A stretch of 52,645 nucleotides of DNA, taken from the NCBI RefSeq assembly GCF_001194135.2, contig NC_069000.1, positions 2,148,258-2,200,902 of the forward strand, read 5' to 3'. Of this stretch, positions 40,564-52,645 are shown one piece after another; position 1 is the first letter of the stretch; every line of letters starts with the position of its first letter. The DNA is from Octopus bimaculoides. Its lineage: Eukaryota. A program made the position numbers and the translations under genes. The notes under the pieces were generated by a model. It was not told the origin of the DNA, searched no databases, and worked only from the letters and a program-made list of their open reading frames with translations.

Positions 40564-41498
40564 AAGTCCCCCTCTCTCTATCTATCTATCAATCTGTCAG
40601 TCTATCTATCTGTCTTTCAGTTTCCCTCTGTCCCTCCCTTCCTCTCTCTCTAGCAATCTGTCTATCTAACTATCAGTCTATCAGATTCTCTCTCTCTCTA
40701 TCTATTTATCTGTGTGTGTATGTGTGTGTGTGTCTTTGTGTGTGTGCTCCTGCATATATATATAATTACAACATGTCAAAATGTACACAAGATAAGTGAT
40801 TTAAAACAATTCTATTTTCATATCACTTCATCAGCGTGCAGTGAAATATAATTTATCTTTATATATAGGTGTCTTCCATAATAATATAGGAATCAAGTAA
40901 AAGTTATCTATAAAGATAATTAATACTGCAGATTCCAGATACAAGAAGAACAAGAATACAAAAATAACCATTCAAAAGTTAAACCTATTTCGCATCGGAG
41001 GTGTTATGTGGAGAGACAATATGGCAAATGAGTGAGAATGACATCATATTTCATGTCAATCATGATTCCATTCTGGTTTCATCAATGGACACTGAATAAG
41101 TATGAGCTGTCGTTATAATTAGTAGGCATAAACACGGGCCTGTGCATATTGATGTGTGTATAGATTATAACTATGAGTGCACATAGGTAGTTGTGGGTGG
41201 GCGTATGAGTGAATGTGTGTGTGTGTGTGTGTACAAACATAGACGCACTTGAAAAGAAACGCGCAGTGAAACACAAGGGCGCACACAACTATACAAAAGT
41301 ATTATGCGTTGATATTCTATTCGTAGCAAAAATATGTTTGTGTGTGCGTTTATGAATTTCTCCTTCTCTACAGGCTGCACAATTCATACATCGGTACGCA
41401 GGTCGCCCACACACACACACATATATATAGATGTCTAAATATATATATGTACATCCCAAGTATATGTACATATAAATATTTATGTAAATATAAAACAG

Positions 41499-41536
<38 letters not shown>

Positions 41537-41899
41537 TGTATATATATATACATATATATATATACATGTGTGTATTATACATTCACACACGTGTGGGTGG
41601 TTGTTCCTATATTGTTTTCTTATGCTATATGAAAAAAAAAAGAAAAACATATCCAGAAATATAATCAAACGAGATTATTTTACTCACAGAATTTATTCAG
41701 AAATAATATCTAATTTACAAATTATATAAAAGAATATTCAAATGCTTGTTATATTTTGAGAATGAAGCAGGTGAACTACATACTTTCTAATTTAACGATA
41801 TCATTAAAAGTATGATCGATGAGTTAACGTCATTGTTTCCACGTGTCTCAAAATCTATAATTATATAATATAGCATATTTGTTGACACATGCTGCTGCA

Positions 41900-41958
<59 letters not shown>

Positions 41959-42377
41959 ATAGATGGATATATATATATGGACGGATAGATAGATCGACAG
42001 ATCGCCGGATGGATAGGTTGATAGATAGATAGATGAATTGTCAGACAGCTAAACAAACAGATAGATAAGGGTTTTTCGTGTTCTAATCATAACACATTTT
42101 TGCTGAATCTTTCAAATATTTTTTCTTCTATTATTGTATTACTAAAATCCTGTATGCATGCATATATATAAAAAAACACATACTTCTATTTCCTTATGCA
42201 CTATTTTTGAAACACACACTCACAGATGAGCATGCGGACATACACTTAGCCATACTGATATACTCTTCGCAAATGTACTCGCATCTAATTTTTATATGAT
42301 GTACGCTATTTTGTTACATTTCAAAAATATAAAACACTCCTTGCTCAATTTTAAAACGAGCTTAATTTTCAAACTTT

Positions 42378-42424
42378 GATAGTGCTCTAAAATTCGATAG
42401 TGCTCTAAAATTCGATAGTGCTCT
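42378..42424. repeat. 18-bp tandem repeat (gatagtgctctaaaattc), about 2.6 copies
   Basis: Direct inspection. Confidence 0.95.
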
Positions 42425-42749
42425 CAACCTTTCTCCATGGTAAATAACGAAAATGATTGTAGGAAGTGAAATGACAGTAGCATGCAAAGAGTTGCTTATA
42501 TCAGGTAATCTCATAAGTTCTGTCCGAATTTTGAATAAAATAAACAAGTGACCCAATGTTATATTTGAATGAAATTTAATCGTCAATGTACTTTCCCTGA
42601 TTGTCTATAACTGAATTTCATCTATTTACAAGCTTTTTAATCTCATCACTGTAAAACTCTTTTGGTTTCAAAGCGAAGAACTCTGAAATACACTAGAATA
42701 AGATAATAATAACAGGAGACGATAAGAAATAAATGGTTGAGAACCACTG
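42415..42749. mobile_element. hAT/Charlie-type MITE-like insertion
   Basis: Left 'tagtgctctcaacc' and right 'ggttgagaaccactg' (reverse complement cagtggttctcaacc) form imperfect TIRs of the CAGTGGTTCTCAAC type. No 8-bp TSD found. Confidence 0.45.
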
Positions 42750-42759
42750 AAATAAATGA

Positions 42760-43400
42760 ACTAAAGTTATCGCATGAACGACCAGGGCAAATCATTTGAC
42801 TCATGGAAGGATGTGTCATTTTCTGACAGCTTGAGATACAGCGAAGTTTATTTTAAGAAATTCATTGCCGTTTGACACTTCACTGAATATAGAAAGTGAA
42901 TATTAATGGAATAGCTTATTCTTTCAGAGAAGCGTAGAATCCATAAGCATTAATAAGCGACCGGATATTGAATACGAGATAAGGATTTTTCATTAGCAAA
43001 GGTGGGCGTGCTTTTACAGGAGTTAAACGTGAGGGGTCAAATTAGTCGCTATGACTAATTTGATAAATGATCAGCTAAATGGATTAGAATCAGAATGGTG
43101 ATCAATTTAGTTGAAAATTTACATTTCTCGTTATTCAATGTCATATTATGTTCACGATCTAAGAATTTATATGAATTCATATTATATTCCATAATTGTAT
43201 CATCACTTATGATGACGTTGGTTGCAGAGGTCTGCATAATCTTCAAATGTTTTTCACGAATACGATACATCATAATACGTGGGAAAGACACTGCACTGTA
43301 GGGTCAAGACTGTGGAGATCTTTTCCACATGAAACCAATGACTGTCTTGTTAATCACCTCAAATGCGGTGTTGAGCTGTCATTCTAACTGTTCGACACAA
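42760..43400 (-). mobile_element. Decayed Ty3/Gypsy LTR-retrotransposon reverse transcriptase fragment
   Basis: Minus strand, in order: TAFE (43369-43358), 'SFPRIM', 'NVIISDDT...YKFLDREHNMTLNNEKCKFSTK.ITIL', 'DPSRL.P', 'WILRFSERIS' (42943-42914). These match Gypsy RT motifs (YTAF, FQRxM, KFL...LTLN..KCKF, PDP.R, WIP.FSE). Confidence 0.75.
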
Positions 43401-43484
43401 GCGTCCTCAACACACATACACACAAACGTACACACATACACACGTACACATGCACATACACATACACACATTGCTTTAAAAATG

Positions 43485-43710
43485 TTGGCACAAGGCCAGC
43501 AATTTCGGGAGAGAGTATAAGTCGGTTACGTCGACTCTGCCACTCAACATGTAGTTATTTTATCGAGAATGGAGGATGGAAGGCAAAATGGACTGGAGCG
43601 ACGTGAAAATAAAGTGACTTGCTCAAGGACACAACGCGTCGCCGGGAATTGAACTCACGACTTTACAATCGTGAGCCGAATGTCCTAACTAATAAACCAC
43701 TCGCCGTCAC
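43485..43710 (-). mobile_element. tRNA-derived SINE
   Basis: Reverse complement of the head at 48361-48500 ('gtgttgtgtccttgagcaag'), with B-box 'gagttcaattcc'. Confidence 0.75.
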
Positions 43711-43799
<89 letters not shown>

Positions 43800-43847
43800 N
43801 NNNNNNNNNNNNNNNNNNNNNNNNNNNNNNNNNNNNNNNNNNNNNNN

Positions 43848-43933
<86 letters not shown>

Positions 43934-44294
43934 CTTCTCAAAAATATATGAGACTGCAAGGAAAATAACAGGTGTACTCAATTGATTATTAGCAATTTTT
44001 TTTATTCGAACACATTGCATTGTGATAAGATCTGTTTATGAACATTAAATATCAAGAGGTTTTAGAAACTCTGAGCCTTATAATCTTTGGAACGTTGCAA
44101 CGAAATCGTAGAAATTCACTCTATTGAATTAACAAAATATCTTTTAAATCGAGTAAAGTAGAAGTACTGTAAATACGTATTTCTAGTGACTTTTTTTACA
44201 ATCGCCTCTACGTCGCTGTTGTATGTCTCTAGACTAACGAACAGAAATATCTTTGCCGAATTTTTGGTCCACTGTGGTATGTATGCAGGATGCG

Positions 44295-44784
44295 CTCTAC
44301 AAGGCTTCCTCTACAAGGCTGCCTCAACAAGGCTGTATCAACAAGGCTGCCTCTACAAGGCTGCCTCTACAAGGCTGCCTCTACAAGGCTGCCTCTACAA
44401 GGCTGCCTCTACAAGGCTGCCTCTACAAGGCTGCCTCTACAAGGCTGCCTCTACAAGGCTGCCTCTACAAGGCTGCCTCTACAAGGCTGCCTCTACAAGG
44501 CTGCCTCTACAAGGCTGCCTCTACAAGGCTGCCTCTACAAGGCTGCCTCTACAAGGCTGCTTCTACAAGGATGCCTCTACAAGGTTGCCTCTACAAGGCT
44601 GCCTCTACAAGGCTGCCTCAACAAGGCTGCCTCTACAAGGCTGCCTCTACAAGGCTGCCTCTACAAGGCTGCCTCTACAAAGCTGCCTCTACAAGGCTGC
44701 CTCTACAAGGCTGCCTCTACAAGGCTGCCTCTACAAGGCTGCCCCTACAAGGCTGCCTCTACAAGGCTGCCTCTACATGCTGCC
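44295..44784. repeat. 14-bp minisatellite (CTCTACAAGGCTGC), about 35 copies
   Basis: Direct inspection. About 490 bp with few variant units. Unit GC is 8/14 in an AT-rich background. Confidence 0.98.
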
Positions 44785-45041
44785 TTGCTTTTATGAATTA
44801 TTATATTTCTGTAATGTACGTAAATTATCATTATACATGCACACATACACTCTATACGATGTTATCGAAGTACTGAACTAAGTGTCCACTTGATCCTATA
44901 GCATAAACAGCTGTATGCTAATGAAGGTGAGAACATAACTTTTCCTTTTTCCGGTGTCATAACTTTTTTCTTCTTATTACCACTCTATACTCATCTATCA
45001 GTGTTTTCTGAAGCATACGTATATACACCAGAGTATTAGCC

Positions 45042-45078
<37 letters not shown>

Positions 45079-46798
45079 GTGTGTGTGTGTGTGTATGTCC
45101 AAGTATATACATGCATATATATGTATATACGTGTGTTTTTGTATATGTACATATGTATGCATCAAACTGTATGTATCTATCTGTCTCTCTCTCTATATAT
45201 ATAAAGAGAGAGAGAGAGAGAGAGAGAGAGGAAGGGAGAGAGACATAGGTAAATAGCTATATGCATAAATACCTACATACACAAACACACACACACGTAC
45301 ACACACAAGCACACATACACACACTTATATATGTATATGTATTATATATATATATATANNNNNNNNNNNNNNNNNNNNNNNNNNNNNNNNNNNNNNNNNN
45401 NNNNNNNNNNNNNNNNNNNNNNNNNNNNNNNNNNNNNNNNNNNNNNNNNNNNNNNNNNNNNNNNNNNNNNNNNNNNNNNNNNNNNNNNNNNNNNNNNNNN
45501 NNNNNNNNNNNNNNNNNNNNNNNNNNNNNNNNNNNNNNNNNNNNNNNNNNNNNNNNNNNNNNNNNNNNNNNNNCACACAGAAACATCGCGCACACATACA
45601 TATACGTTTAAGACAGCGATTAGAAACTGTAGTATAGTTTACTTGTTTCTAAATTTAATATTCATAATTACATTTTCACATTAAATATAAATATAATTTT
45701 CATAAGTTTAATTAAATACTAGCGGCATCTATTTATATTTCAAGTTTTACAAATATTTTTATTTCTATTTCGATTCGTATATTCATAAATCTCCACAACA
45801 TTATTCCGTCATGTTAAAGATTTTAATTACATCTTTGATTGCCTACCATAGTTTGAATTGTTTAAGTCGTAACTCTCGAAATCGATTTATTATGTTAAAC
45901 ATTTCAATTATTTTTTCAATGTACTTCCATACTTAATTTTCTTTAAGGCGTCAAAATCTTCATTGATTCACTATATTAAGGCTTCCAATTACGCCATAAC
46001 ATTGTTTCCATCGTTTTATATAACTTTACGGGTATCGTTGATGTCATTTATGTGTCTCTGTATTTGGATCTGCTTAAGCGATATTATTCAAACCTCTGAC
46101 AAACGTGACACAATGATGATGCTTTAATTAAGCGTTGCTAGGCTGCTTTTACATTAAGGTAGACTTCAGATATATAAAGTGTTCTATTCCATAAACTTCG
46201 GGGCCAAGAGTCAATGTTTGAAATGTAAAATCGATCACTTCGTCAGGAAATCGAACTCAAGCCACTATTTAATCAGTTGCCATAATATGCTTCATTCTTT
46301 TAACAATAAGATTTTGATTGCAAGAATAAAAAATTAGTAAATTATTTTCCGTTTCACCTTCCCATTTTATTGCGTTTTGATGTTCAGACGGACTGCAAAA
46401 TCAGTGTGCCTCATAAGAATGTACAGAAAGTGTGGAATATTAGGCTGCTATTTCAAGCAAGTCGAGCAATCATTTAGGGAAATTTTGTAAATAAATTTTC
46501 TGAAACTGAAACAATTATGCTTCATATATAACTTGTTATCTACAGAACATAATCTATATTATATATAAGTTTTCGCAATGAATATGGCAAAAGTCTTTAT
46601 AATTGGTTTATAACTATATTCATTACAGAGTCTTTCGTATTTAGACCACTTAAAAATAAATGAATGTTATTGACGACTAAAGATCGACTAATGGTACTGA
46701 GAGTAATATTGTTTTTCCAATCACCTACAGTTTAGTGGTTTTCGAATCCTTAACTTTCAATCGCCCAATATATGTGCATCGTTATGAAAGTATATATA

Positions 46799-46850
<52 letters not shown>

Positions 46851-46886
46851 ACCCACTCTCTCTCTCACTCACTATATCTCTCCTTT

Positions 46887-46930
<44 letters not shown>

Positions 46931-47091
46931 TCATTCTTTCTAGCTATCTATCATTAATCCTACCTGTGTATCTGTCTAAACATACACACGGATAAATGAA
47001 TATGTATATGTATATAGATACACACACAGACACACACACACATATATATATGTACATATAGATATGTGTATATAGAAATATATAGTATATA

Positions 47092-47138
<47 letters not shown>

Positions 47139-47244
47139 TACAAACAAATATATAGTAAATATATATATAATATATATCTTATATAGATGCACATATATAC
47201 ATTATACATATGCATACATGCATGTACATGCACACACATATTTT

Positions 47245-47291
<47 letters not shown>

Positions 47292-47528
47292 ACATATGAT
47301 TTCTCATGACTCATGATAGTCCTCAACGCACATGCCCTTTCCTACACAACCACACACGGGCACTGACACACGCATACGCACACACATTGAAGTTAATGTT
47401 TCAAATATTAACATACATTCGTAACTCAATTTTTGTTTTGTTTATTTCGTATCTTTTGTACAGTCAAACTCAAACAACATTGTCCATAACATTATTGAAG
47501 ATGTTTCAATTTTTCAGACAAAAGCTAA

Positions 47529-47787
47529 AATATATGGTACCATTACGAAACAATTCTAAAATTCAGGTGAACATACAGAAGAGAGATCTAAATGTTTCAT
47601 ATATTTTTATTACTCTTCACAAATATTGTAAAATATACCATGGCATTAATTTTGTGAACGATGCTCAAAGCGTCCATTAGACATATTCTTAATGATTTTT
47701 CTATTATATTTGATTAAATATCGATGATGCTATCTTACGTCCATTAACTACGTGAATCTTGAAACAAGTTGTTCAGTAATATTTCAT
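47529..47787. repeat. ~260-bp direct repeat, copy 1 (copy 2 at 51664-51922)
   Basis: Colinear alignment with the same 4135-bp offset at both ends. Identical core 'tatatttttattactcttcacaaatattgtaaaatataccatggcattaattt'. Confidence 0.92.
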
Positions 47788-48029
47788 ATATATCCGTACA
47801 GAGAAAAAAAAAAGGAAAAAGGAATATATACATGAACTTATACACACATATTAACACGAACATACAAACACACACACACAAACAGACATACACATGCACA
47901 CACACACGCATACATACACACCCACACTTATGCATAAAAATGTTTGAGTGTAGTGTCATACTGTTTACTTTCCCACGTGCCTACTTAGCAAAATTGCGTT
48001 GAGACATCCACTTGTTTCATTATCTGATG

Positions 48030-48345
48030 ACACACACACACATATATACATATCCACAGAAACATACACACACACATATATACATATCCACAGAAACACA
48101 CACACACACATATATACATATCCATAGAAACATACACACACACACATATACATATCCACAGAAACATACACACACACATATATACATATCCACAGAAACA
48201 TACACACACACATATATACATATCCATAGAAACATACACACACACATATATACATATCCATAGAAACATACACACACATATATACATATCCATAGAAACA
48301 TACACACACACATATATACATATACATAGAAACATACACACACAT
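48030..48345. repeat. 32-bp minisatellite (acacacacatatatacatatcca[c/t]agaaacat), about 10 copies
   Basis: Direct inspection. Confidence 0.93.
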
Positions 48346-48360
48346 ATTTATATACCGTTT

Positions 48361-48500
48361 GTGGAGCATATTGTAGCTTAATGATTAGGGTGTTCGGCTC
48401 CTGATCGTAAGGTCGTTAGTTCGATTCCTTGCATCGTGTTGTGTCCTTGAGCAAGACACTATATTTCATGTTGCTCCATCCACTCAGTTGGCAAAAATGA
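48361..48500 (+). mobile_element. tRNA-derived SINE head
   Basis: 'tagcttaatgattagggtgttcggctcctgatcgtaaggtcgttagttcgattcc' (A/B boxes) followed by 'gtgttgtgtccttgagcaagacact'. Confidence 0.75.
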
Positions 48501-48504
48501 ATTT

Positions 48505-48960
48505 CAACTTAAAATCCAACTTCTTCAAGAGTAGACCACACAACGTCAAGAGAAATCCAAATAGAGCGGATATAGAGGTGGTGATTACGTAAAATTCGAC
48601 TTCCTGAACTACCATTGGAACTTACATACCATGTACAGGAAACTTTTCTTACCACTTCTATACACCACTTTCCTCGAATGATGGAAGTGCAACTACAATA
48701 TCTTTATATATTTTATATTTTATGTCTACTTTCATTCTCTTACGTCCCTCTATATATCCTATCTCCTTTTTCATAATAATTCCTTATTTCGAACTCAAAT
48801 ATTTACCTCGATATAACCATCTCACATCGTCTCTGATGAAGGGATATTCATAATATCTCAGAAACAGCTGTAAGACTATATCTATATCTATTTTCATTAT
48901 AAATGTCCTCAAACCTACTTACGGCCTTGGCTTTGTTATCTCATTTTCTCAATATATATA
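48505..48960 (+). mobile_element. Probable Penelope-like element 3' terminal region
   Basis: 'tctctgatgaagggata...cagaaacagctgtaagac' resembles the CTGATGAAG...GAAAC end structure typical of Penelope-like elements. No intact coding motif. Confidence 0.4.
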
Positions 48961-49660
48961 TATGCATGCTAATACAAGATTCACATTAGACTCGCCATTC
49001 GTATCACTATCAAATCGATAGAGTATTCCTCTATATCTAATCAGGACGTGGGGAAATATCAAGAATGTTCCCTTTAAGAAATTATCATTAATTTATGATT
49101 TATTGAATATCATTTCGGTATGTCTTAATTATACCACATGAAAACGACTATTCATTTATAATATATTCCATGGATTTTACAAATTACAACTCTATCTTAT
49201 ATCTGTTCAATTACGTCTTTAGTTCTTCAGATTTTTCGAAACTAAATTTACCAAAATTAAAGGTAATAGAAATTATTCCATTCTTTTATAATTCCATTCA
49301 TCTCCGTTTGTCTGTCCTAACTTTTGTTATATTCGACCGAAGCGTTTCCGTCACAATTTTACTACGGAACTTTCGGAAGAGCATAATGAGACCAAAGAAG
49401 ATCAATTGTCTCGACTAAGTATATTACATGTCTGGATATAAGAGTTGTCTTTCTTTATAGTTAGTTCTACTTCCACTGTTGTGGAGGAAGAAAGAAGTAA
49501 TAACACGACTTAGTTGAAAGGTTATTATTGAAATTACAAACTTCGACCTGAAATGAGAACGGTTAATATGAATTATTAACGCACACACATACAGCCACAC
49601 AGAAACACACATATATACGCAAATACGTAGCTATGTGTATATATATGAAAATAAACATGA

Positions 49661-49694
<34 letters not shown>

Positions 49695-49908
49695 NNNNNN
49701 NNNNNNNNNNNNNNNNNNNNNNNNNNNNNNNNNNNNNNNNNNNNNNNNNNNNNNNNNNNNNNNNNNNNNNNNNNNNNNNNNNNNNNNNNNNNNNNNNNNN
49801 NNNNNNNNNNNNNNNNNNNNNNNNNNNNNNNNNNNNNNNNNNNNNNNNNNNNNNNNNNNNNNNNNNNNNNNNNNNNNNNNNNNNNNNNNNNNNNNNNNNN
49901 NNNNNNNN

Positions 49909-49941
<33 letters not shown>

Positions 49942-50611
49942 GTACATACATATGTATGTATATATATATATATATACATACATATATACACGTATATACA
50001 CATACTCTGATGTTCTTGTCACCAGTTGGTTATGGAAAATTTTGCGAAATATATTTGCTTTTCTCGTTGGTATTAAATAATATCATTAATAATTATCATC
50101 TTCATTAAATATTATGAGACGTTTTTAATTAACATCATTAAAGGGCATTAATTATTTCTCCTAAATTATAAAGTGCTAGTTATCCTTATGTTTTATGGTC
50201 CTTATGTAATTTGCAAGGCCTATTAAGTTTTCCTTGCGATGTAACGTCTCCGCTTATATTGCACTCTAATATAACATAATAGACAAAATAATGTTTCATT
50301 CGAATGATCTTTGGCGCAGCCACAGACACAGTCGCACGCACGCGCGCGCTTACACACACAGACTCGCACACGCATATATACCACACTCTCAGACACACAA
50401 AGAAATACATACAAGCACACACTTTGATATACGTATGCACGCATGTGAATGAACCAATACATATGAGTCGGTGTATGCATGTAATATGTCGCAATGTATA
50501 GATATTACATATAGTGTACATGTATCTCTTTCTCTGTATGTATTTAATCATATACATACATGTAGAAATGCATGTGTGTATACATGTGCTTGTACCAGTT
50601 ACATATATGTG

Positions 50612-50646
<35 letters not shown>

Positions 50647-50909
50647 TGAGTGGATCTCAGCATCTGTCATGTGTGAGTGTGTGTATAAATACACGTATAT
50701 ATTAAGATATATTTTATTTGATAATTCCAGTAACAAATATATGAATATATGCGTGTATATGTGTGATCAAATATATTAAAATCTCAGCTTCATAAAAATA
50801 AGCTAGAACATCAGATACTCAATGGGATGTGTGTGCATATGTGTATATAGAAATATGCATATGTGTATATATATATAGTGGTGTGAGTGAGTGTGTGTAT
50901 GCACACGTA

Positions 50910-50967
<58 letters not shown>

Positions 50968-51061
50968 CTGATGTTCTAGTTTATTTTTATGAAGTTGAGA
51001 TTTTAATATATTTGTATAAAAGTGAAAGTCATCGAAATCTACTCGAAAGGCATCAATCGGC

Positions 51062-51135
51062 GCGTGGCTATCGTAGAAGACACTTGCCCAAGGTGTCACG
51101 CAGATCGTCCGAACCGGGGACAATGTGGTTTGAAC
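51062..51135 (-). mobile_element. SINE head fragment (family of 6588-7170)
   Basis: 'gctatcgtagaagacacttgcccaaggtgtcacgcag' is the reverse complement of the head. Confidence 0.65.
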
Positions 51136-51663
51136 CGTTGTTTATGAGTCATACGGGAAATTTCGAACATGGGTAAATATAGAACTGTATCGTCAAGAAT
51201 AGTCATGCAATAATTCTCTGGCCATTCACCTGGAAAATTAAGGAGGAGAACGTCAGGTACAACATCGAATGTAAGATCCCTTCTGAGATGAAAATTTATA
51301 TTAACGGATCAAGTACATTCTTTTTTATTCATTCATTCTTTTACTTGTTCCAGTCGTTTTGAATTTTTCTTTTTGTTGTTGTCATAATTTACTACTTTCA
51401 ATATCGTTCAACTTGTGTATGTAACTCCTTTCAGAACGTATCATTTGAAATAACAGCCTCTTGAATATCTTCCCATATATTATCCTCCTAATCAAAAAAG
51501 TTTAACAGCCACATTGAGAACATTACAACACATAGTATATGATGGTAGAATTTTTTTTCTTAATATGATTCAGCAAAGTAGAATTCAACATAAAAATATA
51601 TACTTAAAACATCGTTTATTATACTTTCTGTAGAAATTTCATTATTTCAAAGGCGTGTGTTAA

Positions 51664-51922
51664 ACTATATGGCATCATTAGCAAATAATTCTAAAACTCT
51701 GATGAACATACATGAGAGAAATAAAAATGTTTCGTATATTTTTATTACTCTTCACAAATATTGTAAAATATACCATGGCATTAATTTCGTGAACGTTGCT
51801 CAAAGCGTCCATTAGATATATTCCCAACTATTTTTCTATTATGTTTGATTAAACATTGAAAATGCTACCGAGCATCCATTAAGTACGTGACTCTCGAAAC
51901 TAGTTGTTCAGTAATATTTCAT
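51664..51922. repeat. ~260-bp direct repeat, copy 2
   Basis: See copy 1 at 47529-47787. Confidence 0.92.
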
Positions 51923-52199
51923 GTACGTACATATATACAAACTTGTCTACATATATACACACATAGCTACTTCAGTACACGCCTGATACAATACACACTT
52001 GCATACAGGCATACATACATATGTACATACATACATACATACATACATATATACATACATATGTGCATACATACATGCGTGATTACATACATATATATNN
52101 NNNNNNNNNNNNNNNNNNNNNNNNNNNNNNNNNNNNNNNNNNNNNNNNNNNNNNNNNNNNNNNNNNNNNNNNNNNNNNNNNNNNNNNNNNNNNNNNNNN

Positions 52200-52242
<43 letters not shown>

Positions 52243-52581
52243 CATGCATACATGTATACATACGTATATACATAGATACATACATACTTACATATATATA
52301 GATATATACATAAATACCTATATGCATGCATACATTGCTACTTAAATACACCTAACACAACACATATTTACATACATACATACACACATACATATCCCCC
52401 TACATAGTGGCATACAGATAAACATATAAGCATGCATATATATATATTTGTTTTTGTGTATGTGTATTTGTATGTTCTGTTTTTTCGAAATATTTTGATG
52501 TCATTAAGTTGCATCATTTTGTTGTTGAGCTGGCAGCATTATGTCCATACATCACTTTTACTTCTCTCGTATTTTCACACA

Positions 52582-52645
<64 letters not shown>

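Larger units (their letters stand above)
6413..52199. other. 13 assembly gaps (approx. 6413-6422, 6787-6972, 11855-12248, 21835-22706, 28637-29031, 31795-32019, 34123-34178, 37239-37248, 39019-39028, 43800-43847, 45359-45573, 49696-49908, 52099-52199)
   Basis: N runs, almost all directly abutting (TA)n or (CA)n tracts. Confidence 0.97.

Noticed and set aside
44295-44784. CRISPR-like array interpretation (also considered for 48030-48345)
   Set aside because: Units are head-to-tail with no unique spacers, there are no cas genes, and the context is eukaryotic.
49170-49560. C-type-lectin-like fragments on the minus strand (KSCYYFF...W)
   Set aside because: Multiple stops and frameshifts, and no WIG, EPN or WND motifs in register.
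6441-52351. Many long ORFs rich in X, YI, HT or CV (e.g. 21647-22801, 11582-12259, 33771-34337)
   Set aside because: They are translations of N-gaps and dinucleotide microsatellites.

Overview
AT-rich eukaryotic genomic DNA, most likely from an octopus or other coleoid cephalopod. This is inferred from recognisable tRNA-derived SINE families and an extreme density of (TA)n/(CA)n/(GATA)n microsatellites. It comes from a scaffolded assembly with 13 N-gaps, nearly all flanked by microsatellites. No complete protein-coding gene can be supported, and most ORFs in the track are artefacts of microsatellites, gaps or antisense transposon sequence. The window is mainly a transposon graveyard: decayed R4/Dong-like LINE RT, RTE-like endonuclease, CR1/Jockey-like 3' end, Penelope GIY-YIG, Gypsy RT, two mariner fragments, a Helentron/HINE-like element, a hAT-like MITE, hairpin MITEs and many SINEs. 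The best unexplained signals are: (i) a minus-strand cluster of open frames with matching splice sites and a signal-peptide-like segment at about 2.7-3.8 kb; (ii) a GC-rich 14-bp minisatellite open in all three + frames at 44.3-44.8 kb; (iii) a colinear ~260-bp direct duplication (47.5 kb and 51.7 kb) with an identical core; (iv) two near-perfect long hairpins. I found no convincing evidence for a wholly new multi-gene system. All family assignments come from motif recognition by eye, not database searches.
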